From positions 29,330,848 through 29,394,847 of the forward strand of contig CM120643.1 of the NCBI GenBank assembly GCA_051362555.1: a stretch of 64,000 bases of DNA, in the 5' to 3' direction. The stretch comes from Lingula anatina. Lineage: Eukaryota; Animalia; Brachiopoda. Position numbers and translations under genes: made by a program. Shown here one piece after another: positions 39,841 to 60,100 of this stretch; the first letter of the stretch is position 1; each line of letters begins with the position of its first letter. The notes beneath the pieces were generated by a model. The model did no database searches, was not told the DNA's origin, and saw only the letters and a list, made by a program, of their open reading frames with translations.

Positions 39841-40183
39841 TATACCACAGGAAAAGCAAGAGGGTAAACTAAATTTTCATTCTAGTGATAGTGTTATTTA
39901 GCTTTTACCATGGCTGAGGTTGAAAACAAAAGATACAGACATGACGTATTTGGCATACATGCATATCACACCTGAATATATAACAACTCTCTCTTCACTA
40001 AATCTGTCAAATTGGAAAGAAATCCAACTTCCTTCACACAGAGAGAAGTTACCTTCATTTTTCATTACATTTATATTTGATTGAAAAAAAGTAATATGGC
40101 CAAAGAAAAATAATATTTTTCATATGGCTGCAATCTGTGCTTCAGTACAGAATATTTAGACTTTTCTTCAGATATCCAATTAT

Positions 40184-47272
<7,089 letters not shown>

Positions 47273-47949
47273 TATTTCGGCCGTCAGTATGAACGCTGTA
47301 CTTGAAACGCAGCTCTTGTCAAGTTTTATCCGATGAATTCATATTAGGCCATTTCGACGAAATTTCCTTCGTCATACCTATTCCGTTTTTATTTGAAAAT
47401 TGCCAGCTAATCAAACTGTAAGAACTTTCCCCAACGTCAGTTTCTATTTCGAGCCTGTTTTCACCAATTCATCAATTGACATCTCGCCAAAAAAGAAGGG
47501 TGTTAAAAAGAATCATCATATCATTCATATGTATGACGAACACCACTTACTGCATATATATCATAGGTTTATGGTGAACTGTGGATAATTCCAACATCAT
47601 ATATACAAGATAACATTCATTTGAGGGTGATTACATTTTAACAATGTTACTTATAAACTTTTTTTATTACTCCGCTGATCTCATTTCTATTTTATGGTCA
47701 TTTTAAGAAATAATAATTAGAACGAGGCTCAATTTTGGAGAAAGAGTGAAATTTCCGGGATTTCCGTCGAAGTCCCCCCCGCGTAGGGTGTCAACTTTTA
47801 TAACTGTCTTTTGTCAACAAAATAATTTTTTATTTATTATTTTTATTAATTAAAATGAAATCTAACCCAAATTACTGAAATGTAATGGTTAGACATTTCA
47901 CAATCATTCAGTGCGGATAAACCACATAGTTCTGTGACTTCCGGTACCA
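47273..47949. promoter_or_regulatory. Putative bidirectional promoter between the N4BP1-like gene and BBS4
   Basis: Divergent ATGs 677 bp apart; locally CpG-retaining; ETS-type ACTTCCGG at 47937-47944 and ATTTCCGG at 47751. Confidence 0.55.
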
Positions 47950-50900
47950 ATGTCAACTATGAATGATCTCGGAGAAGAAGATTCACAGAAATCGAAGTCG
48001 TTAGTTTCACTAGAGGATAACACTCTGCAGGTGAATAGGCTAATGATACTGGGGGTTAAAAGTGATAGTCTACCTTGCAACAAGTTTTAACCTTATGCCT
48101 TGAGTTCCTTTGTTCAGATACGTTTGGTAAAAAAAGGTTTTGGTTAACACTGTGCATGAACAGCTAGTTGAGCTACACTAATCACACATTTAACCAAGAG
48201 GTATACACCCTGATTAAACCAATAACTGAACTTAGATTCAAAACAATAGAAGTAGATAAATGTGCACATAACTGTAAAATGCCAGTCAGCTAGCTTGTAC
48301 ACTGTGTAGCACGAAAATTCATGCGTTAGCACTCCTATTGACGATTCTGATATGTACTGTTAGCACAGCCAGTACATATCAGAATCGTCAATAGCAGTGC
48401 TAATGCATGAATTTTCGTGCTAGTACACTGTGATGCAGAGGATCTAAAAAATAGCTTTACCTCTCACCTCCTGAAATTGTGCACTGCTGAAAAGTTTTGC
48501 CCTGACAGTGCCATGAATGCAATTCTGTTGTGAGATAATACTGTGAGATCATGCACACACTGAAGACCACAGTTAGGCTTCTGACTGAGAGAAGTATGGC
48601 GGGGTTCATTGTTTCCTGCCTGGAAGCAAACCACTGAATTATTATGCAGGCCAAGAATGGGCCCATTCTAGACAATTAATTTCCTAAGCTAGACATTAAT
48701 TACCTTTGCATTTTCAAATGTTTAATATATGAAACTAAGAATATTATTTGTTTTTCAGAATGATGAGGAAGAAAAAAGAGCCTTAAGTGACATTCCACAG
48801 ATTCCACAGATTCCTAAAGTTAAGGCAAAACCTGCTCCAAAGCCAAAGAAACGTATGTGTTAATATTTCACAACATGAATATTCAGCACATTTATAAGTA
48901 AATAACTTTTCAATTGTATATGATATGTTTTACCAAAAATAGTATGTGTCTGATATAACCCAGCTAGTTGTACATGTAAGCAACTTTGATGCTGATCTCC
49001 CGAAATATTTCAGTCTACTTAAAACTGATGCTGTAATTCTATATCCTCAGGAAAGAGAAAACTTTAAAAGGATACTGAAAGTTTCTTTGATGCATTAATT
49101 AATCAATCGGTTAATAAATAAATTGATTAAATTACTTATTTTTGGTTATAAAGCACCGGAGATCCCCATATTTGAGCGTAAGAACTGGCTGATCCACCTG
49201 CACTATGTGAAGAAGGAGTACGATGTGTGCAAGTCTCTGATCAAAGAACAGCTCACTGAGACTGGGGGGATGTGTGAATATGCTGTCTACGTTCAAGGTA
49301 CAGTCATTTCATTAATGTTAGGGGATTGTGTTGTCAAGTGCACACCATATTTGATCCACAGACTAGTTAGTCCAGGATCAACTGGTGGCAAATGTGCCCT
49401 TGTAGTACTTATTGATTAATTCATTAAAATATCCAATTTTTGTCTTGCTTTAGTTAAAAGTATTACTATTTTTGATAAAGGATCGTATTATTATTTTTGA
49501 TAAATTTTAATGAGTGATGTCGAAATATGTTTTTGAACATTGTTTTCAGCTTTGATTCTGAGACAAGAGGGGAGGATCCAGGAGTCCTTGGAGCTCTTCC
49601 AGACCTGCTCACTTCTCAACCCTAACAATGCTGATAACCTCAAACAAGTGGCCAGATCTTTGTAAGGGTGATATGGTTTATTTGTTTAAGGAATAAAATG
49701 CAATCTTGGGCTTTATCTATAGCCAAAAATGGGATTAGGTATTTTTTCCATAACAGGATTGACTCAAAAAAATATTTATGGAATATTTTTTACATATTCA
49801 TAGATGTAACTAACTTGTTTTTAAAAATTGTTGTTTTTTTTTCATAGCCTTAGTTTGCATAAATATAAAATGACCACTTTGGATTATTTTAATAATTATT
49901 TTAATATTTTAAAGCAATAATAACTCTTTCTTTGAGATTAAAAATTCCGCAAGAAATACATTGTAAACAACGCATGGAAATATATTCTATTGCATTTTAC
50001 CATTAAAACGGCTGTTATTGTAGTAAAACTAAAATCTGTGCTTGTCAATAGGGCTTTCGATGCCTTTCTTCCTGGTCGTTAAGGCATCCGTTGCCAATGA
50101 CGTTAGGGTGTCATGCGGATTCTCGCGTTCACTCGAGACCAAAATAACTTCTGGCGCCAAAAGCCTGATGCAATAGCAGACGTAAATTGCGAGTTTTTGT
50201 ACAGTGCGTCGGAAAAAAAAAGCCCAGAATAGCACAGATAGCACACATTGTAGATATAGATGCATTTTGAGCAATAAGACGAATATATCTTATGAATCTT
50301 ATATTATTGTTATGGTGTTGTTGTTGTCTGCTTTTGAATTTCAGGTTCCTATTGGCCAGACATAAATTATTTGATGTATTTCAGGTTCCTATTGGCCAGA
50401 CATAAATTATTTGATGTATTTCATGTTCTTATTGGCCAGACAATGTATTTCAGGTTCCTATTGGCCAGACATAAATTATTGGTGTATTTCAGGTTCTTAT
50501 TGGCCAGACATAAATTATTTGGTGTATTTCATGTTTTATTGGCCAGACGATGTATTTCAGGTTCCTATTGGCCAGACATAAATTATTTGATGTGTTTCAG
50601 GTTCCTATTGGCCAGACATATATTATTTGATGTGTTTCAGGTTCTTATTGGCCAGACATAAATTATTGGTGTATTTCAGGTTCTTATTGGCCAGACATAA
50701 GGCTGCCATAGATGTGTACAATGAGGCCGCAAAGATAAGTGAGAGAGACTGGGTAGGTGATTCATACAGAAGATGTGAAAATATCAATATTTGCCAGCAG
50801 GGAATATTAAGAAAAATTGAGAGGGATGTATGGTATAGGTTAACATCATATCTCTTTTGTCAGCCTTAGTAGGCCACTAAGATAAAACATTGTCAACTAT

Positions 50901-51793
50901 AATTGGTCTGAGGCAAGCAATTTGCTTTTGCAAATAAGAAGAAACTAAATAAATATTAATCATTGCATATATGCACATGTCCAACTATATTTGACTAAAA
51001 ACATTGAAATTACACAATAATTTCCTGACAAATTCACCCCCCTGCTACTCCCCAGGAGGTGGTCCACAACCAGGGCATATGCTACCTCTACCTGAAGGAA
51101 TATGAGAAAGCCAAGGAGTGTTTGAAGCAGGCTATTGCCTTTGCCCGCCATGATCTGTCCTATATAATGCTGGCCAAGATTTACTTGATGGAAGGAGATA
51201 TTAACCAGGCTATAGAGGTCTACAAGAGAGCTGTGGAGTAAGGGTTTAATTTATTGATTTTAAATTATCATTATATTTTAAATTATCATTATATTTTTAT
51301 TGTGGGGTAAGTTATATTGTGAATGATGCATTAATGTGCTAGGTGTGTTGACAACTCTATTGATTTCTTCTTTTCTGCTTCTTTTTTTTTTTTTTTTTTT
51401 TTTTTTGCAGTAGGGCAGTTGATTGAATAATTGATTGATTGATTGACAGGTTAAAGATATTTTAAAAAAAGAAGCAACTGAGAGTTTCTAAACATGTAGT
51501 GAAAATGATGGACACATGGTTCCTGCTTTGATGATAAAATAACTGCAAGTGTCTTTGTTGAGACATTCAGTATTTTAACTTGTATGTGGTTTAAGTGTAT
51601 CTGCTATGAATTCATCATATGAGAGTTCCTTTTTAAATGCAGTTTTTGATTTCAGGTTTTCTCCAGAAAACCCAGATATTTTGAGCACTATGGGCCTGCT
51701 GTACATGCAGGTAAGTTAACCAACAGTATGCCACAGAAAAGTATTTGGTACAGTGTGGTCTTTTTCTTGGTTTGTGCTGAACTAAATAAACAC

Positions 51794-51841
<48 letters not shown>

Positions 51842-54508
51842 CAGGTGATACATTTGTAGAGCTGATATTGCTGTAGCACTTTGAAGAAATTCCTCTTGTA
51901 CTAGGTATCTGTTATACTATTCTTCCTCCATCTTCTAGGTTGGGCAGTTCCAGAAAGCATTTGAACACCTTGGAAATGCGTTGACTTACAACCCCACCCA
52001 TACCAAGGCCATCCTTGCTGCAGGCAGCATGATGCAGAATCATGGCGATTTCGATGTGGGGTTGACCAAGTATCGAATTGCAGCACAAGAGACGCCGGAG
52101 AGTGCACCCCTGTGGAATAACATTGGGATGTGCTTCTTTGGAAAGAAAAAGTTTGTAGCAGTGAGTACATTCAGTGCCATTTTAAAAAAGAACCTCATAG
52201 AATCTTGTTTGCCTACATAACAAACACAGAAACACACAAATAAAACAACAAATAATGGATGATTGGATAAAATAAGAAAGTAAAAAATGCCTTATCCTAA
52301 GCTGATGGACTTTTGAGTTAATAAGCAATTTTGTTTCATTGATTCATTTATTGATTTTGCTAATTGTTTATTTTGCAAAGACTGAATTAAATATTTGATT
52401 TGTTATGATGTAATGTAAAATTTGAAATACAACACAATACAATACAATGCAATGCAATTATAGAATACAATATACAATGTCACCTTTCCCAGGCCATCAG
52501 CTGTTTGAAGAGAGCCAACTACTTGGCGCCATTTGACTGGAAGATCCTGTACAACTTGGGTCTCGTACATCTCACCATGCAACAATATGCCTCGGGATTC
52601 CACTTCCTGAGTGCTGCCATCAACCTGAGACCAAAATATGGACATCTCTTCATGTTACTGGCAGGTTAGTAAACATAGTTATAACTGGAGATTTCACTTC
52701 CTGAGTGCCGCCATGAAGTGCACAGAATATGAAGCTAAGACGTGAAGGAGGAGGTTGGTGGCAAAAAGATTTTACATCTTCTTCCTCCCTTCTTTGGTGT
52801 GGGAACTTTTGTTATTATCACTACCATTAGGAAACGTAAGATGTCAAGAAGATGGTGGCAAAATGTATACGTTCAAATTTTCCTTCATCCTCCTTTAGTT
52901 TGATTAAAAATATTTTGGCACTAGATGTTTGAAGCAAGCGTTTGTGGGTAGTAGTAGGTGTCTTTTTATTTCTTCTGTTAGCTTGGGGAAGAACCTGAAT
53001 CTGCCATTCTGTTAAGGAAATGAGAGCCCGTTGCCCCACAGGTAGATCCATGCTATGGGGCAAATTAAATCATGTCTAAGAGGTGTGGCAGGCACCCTAA
53101 TACAGTGGAAAGAAATCAATAAGTCATATTATTTGTTGATCTTTCACAACTTCAGATAATAATGGTACAGTTACAGGCCCATTTCAAAAGGGGGTTCTTT
53201 TTCTGAAAAAGTGGACCTTATACAATAAAACCTACTTGTACCTAGATCAAGTTTTACCCAGAGTGAACCTTTTCTCGGCAAAAAGGGCAGTTCTTTCAAA
53301 CCCCCAGAACCCCCCTTGGCTATGGGCCTAAGTTATTTGATGATTTACTGCTATTCTTGCTATGTTTCAGTGGCATTGACCCACCTAGAGGACCCAGATA
53401 ATGCTAAGCAAGCTTATGAACAGGCTATGAACCTTGACAGGTAAATACATAAATAAAAGTAAGCCTATGAGTTAGTAAAGAAAATGTACTGGTAAACTGA
53501 ACAGCGGTGGGTTACTAGATAGTGCAGAACTGAAACTTGTGCCAAGTCTTATTATAAGATCCTCTAACTTTTGATCTACGTGTACTTCAATCCAAAATTA
53601 TCATATTATATTTGTCTGTAAAAATAAAATAATTAATAAACTTAAACATTAATCATATGGTTTATGAAAGAAAAAATGGTGAGATGTAGAGGTTTGTATT
53701 TTCCAGTCGTGACCTATCTATTCCACTGAACTATGCCGTGTTTCTGTACAATCAAGGAGAGAGAAAAACAGCTGCAAAACAATATGCCATTTATGAACAC
53801 AGATTGAAGCAGGCCAGAGAGAAGAATCCTAAAGCTATTGACCCAGAGGTAAGTTATTGCAGAATAAATATAGAGCTACAGTGTATTATATATTTCTCAC
53901 TTGTTATTAGTTTGTAATACCTTTAAGAGAGAAATAATGATAATAATTATGAATTATAAATTTATAATGATTATATAAATTAAATAAGCAGAGTAACTGT
54001 ATTTGTAACTGTTAAAACAGACAACATAGCAGCCATTTATTTATTTAATTGTTTATATTGTTTATTTATTTAGTTGTTGGAGGTTGGTACCAAGCTGGGT
54101 CCAGCTCTTCAAGTTGGTGAAAGTTTAGTGTGGAAAAAAGAACAGCAGATGGCAGCACCAGCAGAACAGAATACAAAACAGTCCCCTCCTGCAGAAGCCA
54201 TTGGCCCCTCAGTGCCGCCCCCTAGTGCCACTTTCCAAGAGCCCAGACCATTGAAACAGAGTGCGCCTTTGGCACCAATCAGAGGCCCTTCTGTGGAGAA
54301 TAACAACAGCAGCGATGTGAAGTCGGAAGAAAATGTTGCAGAAGTTGTACCAAAATCTGGGCTGTCAGGCGTGGATGATTTACCCTCGCCTCCAACAGAG
54401 ACGCCTGCTATGAACATAATCGATGACGCCCCTGAGCCCCCGTCTCATGACCCTGAAGAAAAAGATCAACCCAGAGTTCCCAAGAGAGAGGTGTTACCGC
54501 CATTATAA
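47950..54508 (+). CDS. BBS4: Bardet-Biedl syndrome 4 protein (BBSome TPR subunit)
   Basis: Exons 47950-48030, 48759-48852, 49154-49297, 49550-49661, 50680-50752, 51056-51237, 51656-51710, 51939-52160, 52493-52664, 53371-53440, 53707-53848, 54074-54508. Peptides [62 protein letters not shown] and [10 protein letters not shown] match BBS4. The first two exons are less certain. Confidence 0.95.
48307..48422. mobile_element. Foldback (Mutator-like) mini-element with 10-bp target-site duplication
   Basis: 53-bp arms with 2 mismatches, 10-nt loop, flanked on both sides by gtacactgtg (48297-48306 and 48423-48432). Confidence 0.85.
50338..50700 (+). repeat. Tandem array (10 units, 28-40 bp) of the BBS4 exon-5 splice acceptor and exon start
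   Basis: Unit tgtatttcag|gttcctattggccagacataaattatttga. AG ends at 50344, 50384, 50453, 50492, 50560, 50600, 50640, 50679; AG mutated to AT at 50424 and 50532. Confidence 0.95.
53175..53330. mobile_element. Degenerate hAT-like MITE; related fragment at about 32070-32130
   Basis: Ends caggccca ... tatgggccta; shared gggggttcttttt.cgaaaaa.tggacc motif. Confidence 0.45.
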
Positions 54509-56324
54509 GCAAAAGATGTCAGTTGTACTGTGATCGGATATCAGAAATGTCCATTCAGAGATTTATGGTGTTATTTAACCTTGTTATGACATATCTGCAT
54601 GGATAGATACAACTAACATGGGAACTGTGGGATAGCTGTTGTGAAAAGGTCCTAGAAAGATTTTCTAGCATGTGTTATAAAGAAGCCTGTAGCTACAGAT
54701 GGGGACAGAACCCAGTATGTTGTCAAGGGGTGCACTAAGGGGGGTCTATAACATGTGCTATACTGGGGCCTATAATAGGGTAACACCCTCCAGTGCATAA
54801 ATACGAATTGGGTCAATTTATGAAGGTCAAATTCAGCTGAAAAGATTGGGAGTCAAAAGATTTGGCAATAGAAAAAGTCTGTGTGGTTTTCTTTAATCAA
54901 ATTTTTGTTGTTGGTTCAGCCTGAAGTATTTAGTCTTTGTAATTTGCTGGAACAAAATCTGTCTGAGCTTACTCTGAAAGCTTCAAATACATTTATCAAT
55001 TTTGATATCTTTTATGTTTTCAAGCAGCTTTTTATTTGTCAGATCACTTTTATTTATTATTTCTTAGCAACTTGTGTCTGTAACTTTTTATTTAGAAAAT
55101 GTTGCTTATATAGTTGGTATTGTCTTGTTATTGGGAAATGTAAAAATTGTTAAAGGGATAACAACTGTTTGTATGAAAGTCATATAATTAAATACATTTT
55201 AAACTATCTCAGAATTTGTGCAGTTATGTTGTCAAGTTTTAAGGGGTCAGGGGGAATGGCTGGAATTTGTTGAATCCAAGAGTTGAACTAATCTGAACTG
55301 TCACATATCAGACATTATTTATCATCTTTCATGATTCTGTTATGTCTAATAGAAAAAAGTCCAAAGCACAAGCCATGTTGTATTAAAATCTTCATGATAC
55401 TTTATTTGCATGTTTTACATTATTGCGCATCATGTCTACAAATTAAAAATCTCTTATACTCCTGAAAAGTTGAAAGTATTGAAGTGACAGTATTATATCC
55501 ATTTTGGTCAAAGTATTGAGTGTTATGTATATTGTCACTATTTTTGCACTGAAATTCAACAGAACATACTTCAAATGTTCAAGATGTTTTAACAACAGTA
55601 CTGTTTTTATTAACAATACAATTAAGTTAACCTGATGTGTACTTGACTGTCTCTTTACTCTCCATTTGTGAGTGAATGTGACATTAAATATATGACTTTA
55701 ATAATCATTGCAAATAATGAAATATATAAAGAGATAATTTTAAAAGTTTTCTTTGCTTGTCAAATGAAAGTTGACACGACTATACAACTTTCAGAGAAAA
55801 CACTAAAATCACAGTTATCTTAAGCTTGTATAGACTAGAATTATTGTGTAGCTGCATGCACCAATATCAGTATCTTGCATTGACCTTTGTTGGATGTACC
55901 AACCTTTTTGCACTGAGAATTGCTGTCTGATAAATCAAAATAATGCATATCTTACAAACAGATCGACTGAAATTTGACATTGGGGGGAAAAAAGCTTACT
56001 TGAGACTTTCAAGGTACTTTGAGGAAAAAATGATGGGTGCAGAGTTAAAAACTTGTGATAAAACAACTTCTCTCTTCATCCTTCAAATAAAAAAAAAACA
56101 TATTAATGTGCATATTTTTGGCCATTTCACATTCTTCTTTATTTGGAAAGTCATTTTTTGGAGTTGCCGAGTTCTACATGAAGCATTTAAATTTGAAATA
56201 TTTCCGTAGACTTTATGAAAAATGGTGGAGATTCCTCTGCAACTAACAAACTCTGTTTTTATTCTGAAGTGAACTTTTCTGGATACAACAAAAATAAACA
56301 AATCTCTTGAGTTATATGACAACA

Positions 56325-57135
56325 CTATCCACAGATTGTTTTGTGTGATTTACTGGATTTACTGTGAACATCATCCATGATGGACTGCGAGAAAGTTACG
56401 CCAAATATGAACATGCCAATGATAAGGTACATAACTGCCATGATGAATAGTGCCCTCTGGGAATGTTTGTTCTTCTCAGTTCTTTGGCGAGTTAGCACAA
56501 CTTGTAGTAAACAAAGACCTAGAAAATAAGGTGAATAAGGTTAAAATTAAAAAAAAAAAACATCCTTTTTTAAAAAATAAATGCCATCATTTTAAACAGT
56601 TGGTCTGCAAGGCTTTAGGCAATTTAACAGCCAAATATTGCAGCTCAGACTTCATTATTGGGAAAGAAATAGCACACCAGAGGTTATTGGCAATTCGCCT
56701 CTACAATCAATACCTTTGGTTTTCCAGAGAAATGCAATTGCATGTTTTATAGTTTGCTAAACCAGTTAAATAAAGGAATGTAAAGCTAAAATTTATACCA
56801 CCAGAACTACTTTAAACAATAAATGGAACCAAATTATTTTTATAAAACCGAAAAAGACAAAACCCACCAGGAAATGTGAAGATGAAGACGGCAGCCAGGC
56901 CGCCCAGGAGATCAATGACCACTGCGATATTTGGGGTGACCACAGCCAGAAGCAGTGACAGGCCAAACCACACGATGGTCTGGATTACCCTCCTCAGAGT
57001 CTCTTTACGGACAATATCCTCTGGGGTCAGTTTCCACAGCTCCACCCAGAGGCTCTCAAAGGCAGCCCTGCAGAAAATGGGACAGTTATGAAAATCAAAT
57101 TAGAAAAAAATTATATAAGACTTAGTACACCTTAC

Positions 57136-57170
<35 letters not shown>

Positions 57171-60100
57171 TGGTGATGCTAATTATCATGATAATGTTTT
57201 TTTCTGCAATTTCTGCAATTATTACCAAAATTTTAAGACAATAAAAAACATTGAGATCAATATAAAATATTGGAAATAAAAAATTTTGTGTATTTAGTAG
57301 AAATTTTAGTACCTCACCCTCTCTATTCCTTACCTGCCACAAAATAATAATATTGGATAAGTTGTGTATGTCTTGGCGGCCATCATGCTCACAGCTACTA
57401 AAACGTCTGCTGTGGCATTATAAGAGGACAAAATGTCTGACTTGACTGCAGTTCCAAAATTTAAGTAACCAAAAGTTGCTCCTACAGTGTAGGTGATGAG
57501 ACAGATGAATATGGCAGCGGTGAGAGTTTTGGCAAACTCTTTCACAGTTCTGTTCTGCAGGCAGGAATATATAGGCACTACACTGATGTGACACTGAAAT
57601 TATTGTCAATAAAACGAATTTATAATTTATATTATAATACAATGTCATACTGAAATTTTATAGTTAAAGGGATAAAAAATCTGTGTATGTTATCTACATT
57701 TGGCAATAAAAATATTGTAAACAATTCATAGAAATATAATATAATTCTATTCTACCACAAAAAAAGGCAGTTATAGCTGCAATAAATCTTCATATAACAA
57801 TCATACCCACTGATAGTACAGTTATATAATACTTGGTACTGAAATTATACTAGTTACAATTTATAATAATAGTATCTTAAGCATATAAATTTACGCAATG
57901 GAAGAGTATTAGTTAAAACAATAACAATCATCAAAAAATTATGATACAAGTTTTAATAATTTTTAAACTCATACTTTAGAACAACAGATAAATGGAGTAA
58001 AGCAATTTGACATTAGTCAGTCAGAAATGCAGACAGACAGTTCAAGGTTTCTAAAATTTAAAAACAGTTTTAAAAAATACCTGATATCCAAAACAAATGG
58101 TCGGTACCACTAGAAACACATCCATCCAAGTGTCTGGCCTGAAAATATACCAAAATAATTCAAAATGTTGTAAAAATTATTCGCAAATAGAAGTCAAAAC
58201 CGAAATGTTTGAGGACAAACAATTTCCGTACTCTACAAACAAGTGCTATCAAAATAATATCAAGTTTACATCAACTTCATCTGATTTAAAATGGCAGGTT
58301 TAATACCAAAATTGAACAGACAAATGTAGAAACAATTATTAAGTAACAGACTAATTAATTCAAATTGTTTGGGTAGAACTAATAAGATAAAGTAAACTAA
58401 GTACCTTGTTTTAACAACAACACTGTCTAAATTAGTAGCATAAAAATATTTGACAGGGATGAGGATGACTATGTAAACTATGGCCAACACGCCAAAGGCA
58501 CTGGAATGAAAAAAAAAAAACAAATTAAACTTAATATGAATTACATGAAGATGAAATGGCTTTGTAAGATATTGAGCCTTTAATATCCTTACAAATTATT
58601 ACGGAAATCTTAGATGGTTCTAATAATCTATAAAAATGTCCTATTATTATATAACTATGTAAAAATATCCTAATGAAACATTTTTATATATCAAATTTAA
58701 AACAAGGCAGCAAAGCTGTCAAATGTACAGACAAAAAACAGAAAATAAAGATGCAAAATAGGTCATTTTGTCACTTTTGATGCAATAATAAATAATGCTT
58801 ATAATAGCACTGTCAGTCAACACTGAATTTTAATCATGCACAACAGGTAACATGGTCAATAACAGGAGCGGACCCAGAGATATTTTCTGACAGTATTCTG
58901 AAGTATCTATTTTGATCCATCCTCCATTTTTTCCAACAGAAAAAATAGATACCAGTCAATATAAACTTAATAACCTGACCGTCTTCCGGAAGACCCAAAA
59001 GATGGTCTCAATCCACCCCTTCAATAAGATTATAGTTTCAGGACCATGAGAGTTCAAATTCACATGAGGAAAGTCTCAATATTTGAAAAATGATGACAGT
59101 ACATAAAATAATATTACATAATGTTTAAAGACATAAAAAACAATACAACTGCTTATGTGGAAATACAGAAAATGTGCAGAGCCTCAGGCGAATGAGAGTA
59201 AAAAGTCACAAATGCCAGTGTTTGAGAAAAAAATAAAAAGGAAAACATAACAAAACTAGAAAAGCACTCTGAGAGCGCAGACCTCTGCCAAAACAGCAAT
59301 TGTTGATTATTATTGATTGATTATTGATCCGGACCACCACCAAAAACTAATCATTGTCCTCCTTGCCCACTTCTGACAGTTCCTGAAAATTTCATCAAAA
59401 TTGGTCCGTAACTTTTTGAGTTATGTTGATGACAGACAAACAAGGGTGAAAACATAACCTCCTTGGCAGAGGTAAATATAATTCCAAAGCTGCTATTCAA
59501 ACTTTTAAGTTTGATATATATATATATTGAAAACTTGTTTGCAATATTAAACAAAATTTACCTGCATAATTATCACTGCTTACTTATTATTAATCTAGCA
59601 GAGAGCTTAACCTTTGGGAGTTTACAGGGAACAAGTGTGCTTTATGTAATATCATTTAATGGCCTATGACTTTATATCTCTGAACATAGCTAAGTGATAC
59701 CCAAGGGAAATTTACAGACTGACCCTCTCAAAGGTCTTTCAGGCCCGTAAGTCACATCTTAAGAAAAGCACAAAACAATAATGCATAAAATAGGAGACTA
59801 CCAGTTCTGATGCAATAATACATTATGTTTAACTGCACAGTCAACATCAAATTTTAATTATGCACAACAGGTAACACCGACGAAAGTAAAAGCATAAGGC
59901 TTCAGAGTTCAAGTTTATACTTTGAAAGTGCCATGGCAGCAGCATGATGACCATTTCTATTTTGATGCAACAATACATAATGCTTAACAGCATAATGACC
60001 ATCAATTTTTAATAATAAAATATACGTATCATGGATTTTCAGAAAATGTGACTAGCATGGGTCTTCAGGATCATGGAACTTCAAAGTCACACCTTGAAAA

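Noticed and set aside
48068-48081. RFX X-box for the ciliary gene BBS4 (gtctaccttgcaac)
   Set aside because: Only one half-site fits; too weak to call.
50371-50661. ORF with repeated [10 protein letters not shown] as a separate repeat protein or extra exons
   Set aside because: It is the translation of the duplicated acceptor array; units lack proper donors and change frame.
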